DNA of 64,000 nt from Eledone cirrhosa. Lineage: Eukaryota. The stretch is taken from the NCBI GenBank assembly GCA_964016885.1, contig OZ024754.1, forward strand, positions 13,826,001 through 13,890,000, written 5' to 3'. Positions 27,001-35,700 of the stretch are shown piece after piece. The number at the start of each line of letters is the position of its first letter. The stretch's first letter is position 1. Below the pieces are notes generated by a model, which worked only from the letters and a program-made list of their open reading frames with translations, was not told where the DNA came from and did no database searches. The translations under genes were made by a program, and so were the position numbers.

Positions 27001-29395
27001 GATTAGATGTATGTAAAGTAGTTAGTAGTAAATAATAGATATAATGAGATTAGATGTATGTAAAATAGTTAACAGTAAATAATAGATGAATTAATTAGAA
27101 AAGAAACTGAAGAGAACAAACAGGCCAATGTTTAATCAGAGCTAGGGGTGGTGTGAATGGCTTGAGGAGTGTCAAATGTGAGACAGGTGAGTGAGTAGGT
27201 AGATAGGTGAGTAGGTGGGTAGGTAGGTAGGTGAGTAGGTGAGTAGGTGGGTAGGTGAGTAGGTAGGTAGGTGAGCAGGCGGGTGGGCGGGTAGGATGGA
27301 CAGGAGCCACAGCTCTACTTGTTAACAACAAAAGTTTCTTGACACATTAAATACAAGAAATATAAAAAGGTCAGGAGTTGTAGCTTCAGAGTTAATTTTA
27401 TTTTACTACCCTCATAAAAAGTGTGTGTGTGTGTGTGTGCGTGCGTGCGTGTGTGATGGTTGGTGGGAGTATAAAGCACATAGTGATATTTAAATAGAGC
27501 TCCTTCTTTACATTCTGAGTTTAAGTCTGGTCTGCAACATGACTTTTATTACCCCCAAAGCTCATATCTTCTATGAAATTAATACCAGAAACCATTATTT
27601 CATTATTTTCTAAAGACAAAATGGCAGAATTGTCAGAGTGCCAAACAAAATAACTTGTATTATTTAATTACACCTCATTACAAGCCAACAAGAGAGACCC
27701 CCAACTCCCCATCCCATCTCATGTGGTTCCTCGGCCTGTTAGAAATACCAATTAAATCTTCCCCTTAACTAATATCATCATGTATTAGGAAAACATTCTT
27801 GAAATATACAAAACAATACTATGATTGCATCACAAAAAATTGAAGTCTTTACTTTAACCCATTAGCATTTAAACTGGCCATATCTGGCCAGAATTCCCTC
27901 ACCTCTTTCTGTACAAACTGGCTGTAACTAGCCACTCATACTGATCTTAAGATATTGTTCTCAAAATAAACAATATCAAAATCTCATAGATTCGATATGT
28001 GAAATAATTATGTGAGGTAAAGCCTTTACCATGAAAATACAATAGTAAATATAGAGTAATGTAAATACTAAAGGGTTAATACTGCAAATGTTCACAACAA
28101 TCTAACCTCAAGTAAAGACATCTGAATTAACAGATCACATGAAATCATATTAAATATTAAAGGTGTCTATAAGCTATAGAGGTGGCTCAGTTGGGGAGGA
28201 AGTAAGGTGTGGTGGCACAGTTGGGGAGAAAGTGAGGTGTGGTGGCACAGTTGGGGAGAAAGTGAGGTGTGGTGGCACTATTGGGGAGGAAGTAAGGTGT
28301 AGTGGCACAATTGGGGAGGAAGTAAGGTGTAGTGGCACAGTTGGGGAGGAAGTAAGGTGTAGTGGCACAGTTGGGGAGAAAGTAAGGTGTAGTGGCACAG
28401 TTGGGGAGAAAGTAAGGTGTGGATGCACAGTTGGGGAGGAAGTAAGGTGTGGTGGCACAGTTGGGGAGGAAGTAAGGTGTGGATGCACAGTTGGGGACGA
28501 AGTAAGGTGTGGTGGCACAGTTGGGGAGGAAGTAAGGTGTGGTGGCACAGTTGGGGAGGAAGTAAGGTGTGGATGCACAGTTGGGGACGAAGTAAGGTGT
28601 GGGGGCAAGTGAGGAGTGCCTGTATACCTAATAACTTGTAGTAGCACTATTGGGGAGGAAGTAAAAATAATGTACTGAGTGTGTAGACACACAGATGGTG
28701 TATACAACACATGGGAGTGTATAGAGTCAGTGCAGGGAAATACATGTGTATACAACACATGGGAGTGTATAGAGTCAGTGCAGGGAAATACATGTGTATA
28801 CAACACATGGGAGTGTATAGAGTCAGTGCAGGGAAATACATGTGTATACAACACATGGGAGTGTATAGAGTCAGTGCAGGGAAATACATGTGTATACAAC
28901 ACATGGGAGTGTATAGAGTCAGTGCAGGGAAATACATGTGTATACAACACATGGGAGTGTATAGAGTCAGTGCAGGGAAATACATGTGTATAAACAAAAC
29001 CTTTTGTTTGTATCTTTGTTACTTTAAAACCACAAATTCAGGGTTTCACAAACTAACTTACACATTCACCTGTGTGAACATGTATCTTCTTTTAGTCAAA
29101 GCTGAAGATCATAAATGTGTATGTGTTTATATATGACACGTGTCTGAGTGGTTAGAGAATTGGATTTGTAATCGTGAGGTTGTGATCTTGATTCCGAGAC
29201 CGGGCGATGCGTTGAGATTCCGAGACCTTGAGCAAGACACTTTATTTCACTTTGCTCCTTCTGCCTGGATTTGCGACCGACAGATAGTGTTAGCAATTGG
29301 AAAGACCAATGGAAAAATTGTTTCCTTGGTCTGATTTGACAAGCTCCACCCCACTCATTAAGCGAATGAGCTCTGGGATCTTGTCGATCGACTGT

Positions 29396-29437
<42 letters not shown>

Positions 29438-29735
29438 CATCATCATCATTTTACGTCCGCTTTTCCCTGCTTGCAAGGGTTGGACGGGTCCTATTCAGCA
29501 CAGCATCTCTCCACCCGTCACAGTCCTTCGTCATCTCCTCCGTGAGTTTCAGCGATCTGAGGTCTGCTCTCACCACCTCCGCCCATGTTTTTCGTGGTCT
29601 ACCTCTACTGCGTCTTCCAAGATTAGTCAGGCATACTCCCCTGGTCAGTCTAGCCTTAAAACATGGTGAATAGTCTAATCTATACAAGCACACAAAATAG
29701 ATATTGAACAGTGATGCTTATTATCATGATGTTGA

Positions 29736-29787
<52 letters not shown>

Positions 29788-32700
29788 AGTGTTATCTGGA
29801 TTGAGATCTTGCCTACCTACACCTCTCTAAGACAATGACACTGGATCGAGATCTTTGGCGCCATGCAGTTGTACAGAAGACCCGACTGCCATTGCATACA
29901 AACCTAGTCAGTAAGCACCTCTTAACCCAATGTACACCTCCACCGCGCACACCCTACCACATCCCCCCTTTCCCGTTCCATCCACTGTGTCGATGACACA
30001 ACACTCCACACTGTAAGGTGGTCGTGTAGGAGACACGGTAAAAAGGCTCTCAGTCCACACTGTAAATGTGGTTGGTGTTACGAAGGACATCCAGATGTAA
30101 AAAAACTTGCCAGAGACACTTCCGTACGAGCGAGACATGGCCTCCCGACCATTCCTGCATCAAATGGAACAAAACCGTCTAACCCATGCTAGTGTGGAAG
30201 ATGTACGTTAAACGATGATGATATATATATATATATATCTTTATTTTACATCCATTTTCACATTGCCTTGGGTTATACATCTCATCATCACTGTTTAACA
30301 TCTATTTTCCATGTTTGTAAGAGTTAGACAAGTTGTCACTCTATGAGGCTAAACAGCTCAGGTGTCCCCATCTGATCATTTGGTTTCATTCTCTATAGCA
30401 GGGAGCCCTTTCTAATGCCAACCACATTATAACGTGTATTGGGAGCTTTTTTCTTGACACCACCACTACCGCTTTACAGAGAGGACCAGGCACTTTTTCT
30501 TGAGGCGCTAGTATGACCACTTTACAGTGTCGACTGAGTGTTTCTTGTCATGGAACCAGTATGACCACTTTACAAAGTGGAATGGGTGATTTGGGGGTGG
30601 TACCAATACGATCACCTAACGGTGGACTGAGTGCTTTTTTTTTTGTTGTGACATCTCACACACACACACAATGAACTTACGCACAATTTCCAAGTAACAA
30701 ATTCTTTCCTATCGCAGTGGTCTGTCTGAGATCATACACACACACACTCACACATATATCTATCATCATCATCATCATCCCCGTTTAGCGTCCATTTTTC
30801 CATGCTTGTTTGAGTTAGACAGGTCGTCCACGTCAGGAGACAAGTCTGGCCAGAAGTGGCCACGCCGTACCTTGCTCCAACGAGGACTGTAAATTTGTCT
30901 GGGGATTTAACAGCTGGGTGCCCTTCCTAACACCAACCACATTTACAGTGTGGAATCATTATCATCATCGACTAACGTCTATCTTCCTCTTCCATGCTAG
31001 CATGGGTTAGATGGGTCCCATTTAGAGGCAAGTTAAGTCGGGTGACCTTGTCTCGCTCATATAGGGGTATTTCTGGCTTGTTTTCTACGGCTGGAAGCCC
31101 CTCCTAATGCCAGCCACATTGATAGTGTGGGCTGGGTGCTTTTTGCTGTGTCTTTTACATGTCCACTTTACAGTGTGTGCTGGGTGATTTTTGCTGTGTC
31201 TTTTACATGTCCACTTTACAGTGTGGTCTGGGTGCTTTTTGCTGTGTCTTTTACATGTCCACTTTACAGTGTGTGCTGGGTGCTTTTTGCTGTGTCTTTT
31301 ACATGTCCACTTTACAGTGTGTGCTGGGTGCTTTTTGCTGTGTCTTTTACACGTCCATTTTACAGTGTGTGCTGGGTGCTTTTTGCTGTCTTTTACATGT
31401 CCACTTTACAGTGTGGTCTGGGTGCTTTTTGCTGTCTTTTACATGTCCACTTTACAGTGTGGTCTGGGTGCTTTTTGCTGTCTTTTACATGTCCACTTTA
31501 CAGTGTGTGCTGGGTGCTTTTTGCTGTGCCTTTTACATGTCCACTTTACAGTGTGGTCTGGGTGCTTTTTGCTGTGTCTTTTACATGTCCACTTTACAGT
31601 GTATGCTGGGTGCTTTTTGCTGTGTCTTTTACATGTCCACTTTACAATGTGTGCTGGGTGCTTTTTTAGTGTGTCTTTTACATGTCCACTTTACAGTGTG
31701 TGCTGGGTGCTTTTTGCTGTCTTTTACATGTCCACTTTACAGTGTGTGCTGGGTGCTTTTTGCTGTGTCTTTTACATGTCCACTTTACAGTGTGTGCTGG
31801 GTGCTTTTTGCTGTGTCTTTTACGTGTCCACTTTACAGTGTGTGCTGGGTGCTTTTTGCTGTGTCTTTTACATGTCCACTTTACAGTGTGTGCTGGGTGC
31901 TTTTTGCTGTCTTTTACATGTCTACTTTACAGTGTGGTCTGGGTGCTTTTTGCTGTGTCTTTTACACATCCATTTTACAGTGTGTGCTAGGTGCTTTTTG
32001 CTGTCTTTTACATGTCCACTTTACAGTGTGGTCTGGGTGCTTTTTGCTGTCTTTTACATGTCCACTTTACAGTGTGTGCTGGGTGCTTTTTGCTGTGTCT
32101 TTTACGTGTCCACTTTACAGTGTGTGCTGGGTGCTTTTTGCTGTGTCTTTTACATGTCCACTTTACAGTGTGTGCTGGGTGCTTTTTGCTGTCTTTTACA
32201 TGTCTACTTTACAGTGTGGTCTGGGTGCTTTTTGCTGTGTCTTTTACACGTCCATTTTACAGCGTGTGCTAGGTGCTTTTTGCTGTCTTTTACATGTCCA
32301 CTTTACAGTGTGGTCTGGGTGCTTTTTGCTGTCTTTTACATGTCCACTTTACAGTGTGTGCTGGGTGCTTTTTGCTGTGTCTTTTACGTGTCCACTTTAC
32401 AGTGTGTGCTGGGTGCTTTTTGCTGTGTCTTTTACATGTCCACTTTACAGTGTGTGCTGGGTGCTTTTTTAGTGTGTCTTTTACATGTCCACTTTACAGT
32501 GTGTGCTGGGTGCTTTTTGCTGTCTTTTACATGTCCACTTTACAGTGTGTGCTGGGTGCTTTTTGCTGTGTCTTTTACATGTCCACTTTACAGTGTGTGC
32601 TGGGTGCTTTTTGCTGTGTCTTTTACGTGTCCACTTTACAGTGTGTGCTGGGTGCTTTTTGCTGTGTCTTTTACATGTCCACTTTACAGTGTGTGCTGGG

Positions 32701-35700
32701 TGCTTTTTGCTGTGTCTTTTACATGTCCACTTTAAGAATATAGTAGAGGAAAGAAGATGATAGGAGATTTAGCAGAGAACTAGAAAATAAAGGAAAAGAG
32801 GAAGGTGTAACAAGCTGGACATGTTAAACAGTATGTAGAAACATTGACCTGAAGTAAACAACTGTTGAAGTATTCACCTACCTCATAAGTATCATCTGAC
32901 AGAGCAAATGTCATCCAGACATTATGGATCAAACCAGTAGCCATACTCATCTCTACCTCCACAACATTGTCAATGGACTTCCATGTAACAATATACTTGC
33001 AGTTCAATTCCCAGCATCCTACTGGCTCCCGGTAGCAACCCCTTGTCTTACCACAGTCAGCTGTGTTAATCTGTTTGGTTAAGGGCACAATATTCTGAAA
33101 CAGATCAAAAATTGGGGGAGGTCAACCCCACCAAATAATCAGTGAAATAAATATATTAATTTGACAGATGTGTAAATACATTTAATTATCATCATCGTTT
33201 TACATCTGTTTTTACATCTGTTTTTACATGCTGACGTGGTTTGGATGGAAATTTTAATTCTGGTGGCGCTCACCACTCTCCAGGATTGAACACAGCTGAT
33301 TTCTTCCAGAGAAGGAAGGAGACAGACAGAGAGAGAGAGAGAGAGAGAGAGGAAGTGAGAAAGAGATATAGGGGGAGAATAGACCCCCAGTACTTGACTG
33401 GTACTTTATTTATTGACCTCCAAAAGATGAAAGGCAGGATTTGAAAGCCAATTCACCGTCTTACAGAGTGTAGTGGCTGTATCTTATCATGGCATCAGCA
33501 CCAAAGAGGTTGTCATGTCCTTCGTTATTAGTTTCTCTATTCAACTCTCGCTAAAGCATCACTTTGCCTTTCATGTTTCTAAGGGATTGATTAAATAAGT
33601 ACTAACAAAAAACTAGAGCCAATTCAGTCATCCACAATTCTTCCTGAAAATCTGGACTATTATTAGTGGTAAAACTACTGAAGAAGGAAAATAACAGGAT
33701 CGTCATGGCTGGACTTCTTTTGACCATATTTCTCCTTTATTCAGGCTGATCTGGAGCTAGACAACAACAAACAGGTTGTATGAAAACAAATAAAATAAAA
33801 CTATACCAAGTTAATCAGAAGAAATAAAGTTACTTACTTCTTGAGGTACTGGAGGCATAGGCAGTCCTTTAGTGTAGTCAATAACTGTTGCTGACCGTTC
33901 TCGAACCCAGAATGTTTTGAAGTTTTTAGAAACGGTAAAGCTACACAATAGATAGACAAAATTCATATAGAAAAAAAAAAAAAATCAACATTCATTTAAT
34001 TGCTTGATTTTAAAGTATTATGACATTAAAATGCTTTGTCTATATTGTCCAAAAATTACATTCAACTCATCTTATTGGAGTTATCTTCCCTCGCTTGTTT
34101 TTAGATTTTAAAACATTCCGAGAAGGGGTTTTTTTTTTTAGTAAATGATTTGATAAACTTAGTCAATAAAAGTTTCTTAACTCACTATATTACATATGTT
34201 AGACTCTACTCTATCTCTATTTAATATATAGCACTAAGCCCACCCTGTATGCTAATCCAGTACCACAACATGCTGGTGACACAACAAAAAGCACCCAGTA
34301 AGGTGGTTGTGCTGGTAACATGACAAAAAGCACCGTCTACTCTGTAAGGTGGTCGTATTGGTGACAAAATAGAAAGCACCCAGTCCACACTGTAACGTGG
34401 TTGGCATTAGGAAGAATATCAAGCTATAGAAACCACGCCAAAATACAGATCTGTATGGGCATAGCGTGGTCTCCAGACCTGACTTGTCTCATAACAGGAC
34501 AACCTGTCTAACCCATGTAAATGTGGAAAATGAACATTAAATGATGATGATGATGATGATGATGACGACAAATTGGCAGAGTCAGAGCGTTAGATTAACC
34601 CTTTAGTATTTAAACCGGCCAGAATTCACTCACCTCTATCTCTTCAAAACAGCCGTAGCCGGCCACTTATACTGATGTTAAAGTATTGTTCTCAAAATAA
34701 ATAATATCAAAATCTCATACATTTGATATTATGTGAGATAATTATGTGAAGTAAAGCCTTTACTGTAAAAATACAATAGTATATATAGAGTAATGTAAAT
34801 GCTAAAGGGTTAAAAATGCTTCACTAAATTTGTTTCAGCTCATTGCATTCTGAGTTCAAATCCCAATGAGGTCAACTTTGCCTTTCGTCCTTTCGAGGTT
34901 GATTCTAATACAGGGATTGAATGTTCTTCCTATCCCTCTTTCTTTCAATGGATGAGCTCCAACAGGTTTAAAAAGCCCAAGACATGCTAAATATCATGAT
35001 GGCGCCTCTAAAACTCTATCAACATCATTTTTATGGCCATTTTCCATGCTAACATGGGTTGGACGGGCAGGTTTGAGTCAATGCTTTACAGCTGGATACC
35101 ATTCCTGACTCCAACCCATTTAGTCATTTCTTAAGATATGCAGGGATACAGTATGCCCATTCTAAACCCCTGTCAAGGTAAAAAGTCGCAGTACTTACAG
35201 AAAATAGATATGCCCTACATATTGCTTCACTCTCCAAAAAAATGAAATATTGGATAGGGGTTCATTGTTGACTTTGACATAACCAGCCTGAAATAGAAAG
35301 ACCAGCTAATGATAGGACCATGAAATAGCTACCCTGAAATAGAAAGACCAGCAAATGACAAGACTTTGACATAGCTGCTCTGAAATAGAACGACCAGTAA
35401 ATAATGGGATGTATTGAAAATAATAAAAAGCTACTTACACCAGCTGCTTCTTTGCAATTTGGGATCATGACTTGTCGCTCACCACCCAAGAATGTACCTT
35501 GAGGCCCATTATCATTACCGGATAGTTTCCTCGCTTGAATCTGGAAGTCTTGAAATTCACTGCCATCTGTAGACATCACAGTCACTGAAAAAATAATGGT
35601 TATATTTATATTAGTGGACCAGTTCCGTCTATAATAACATTAGCATCAATTTTTTGGGTCCAGGACTTGCATGTCATATATACCAGGACTAGAGTACCAT

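Noticed and set aside
31127-32760. Cys-rich 437/514 aa ORFs
   Set aside because: Minisatellite with frame-shifting unit lengths, antisense within an intron
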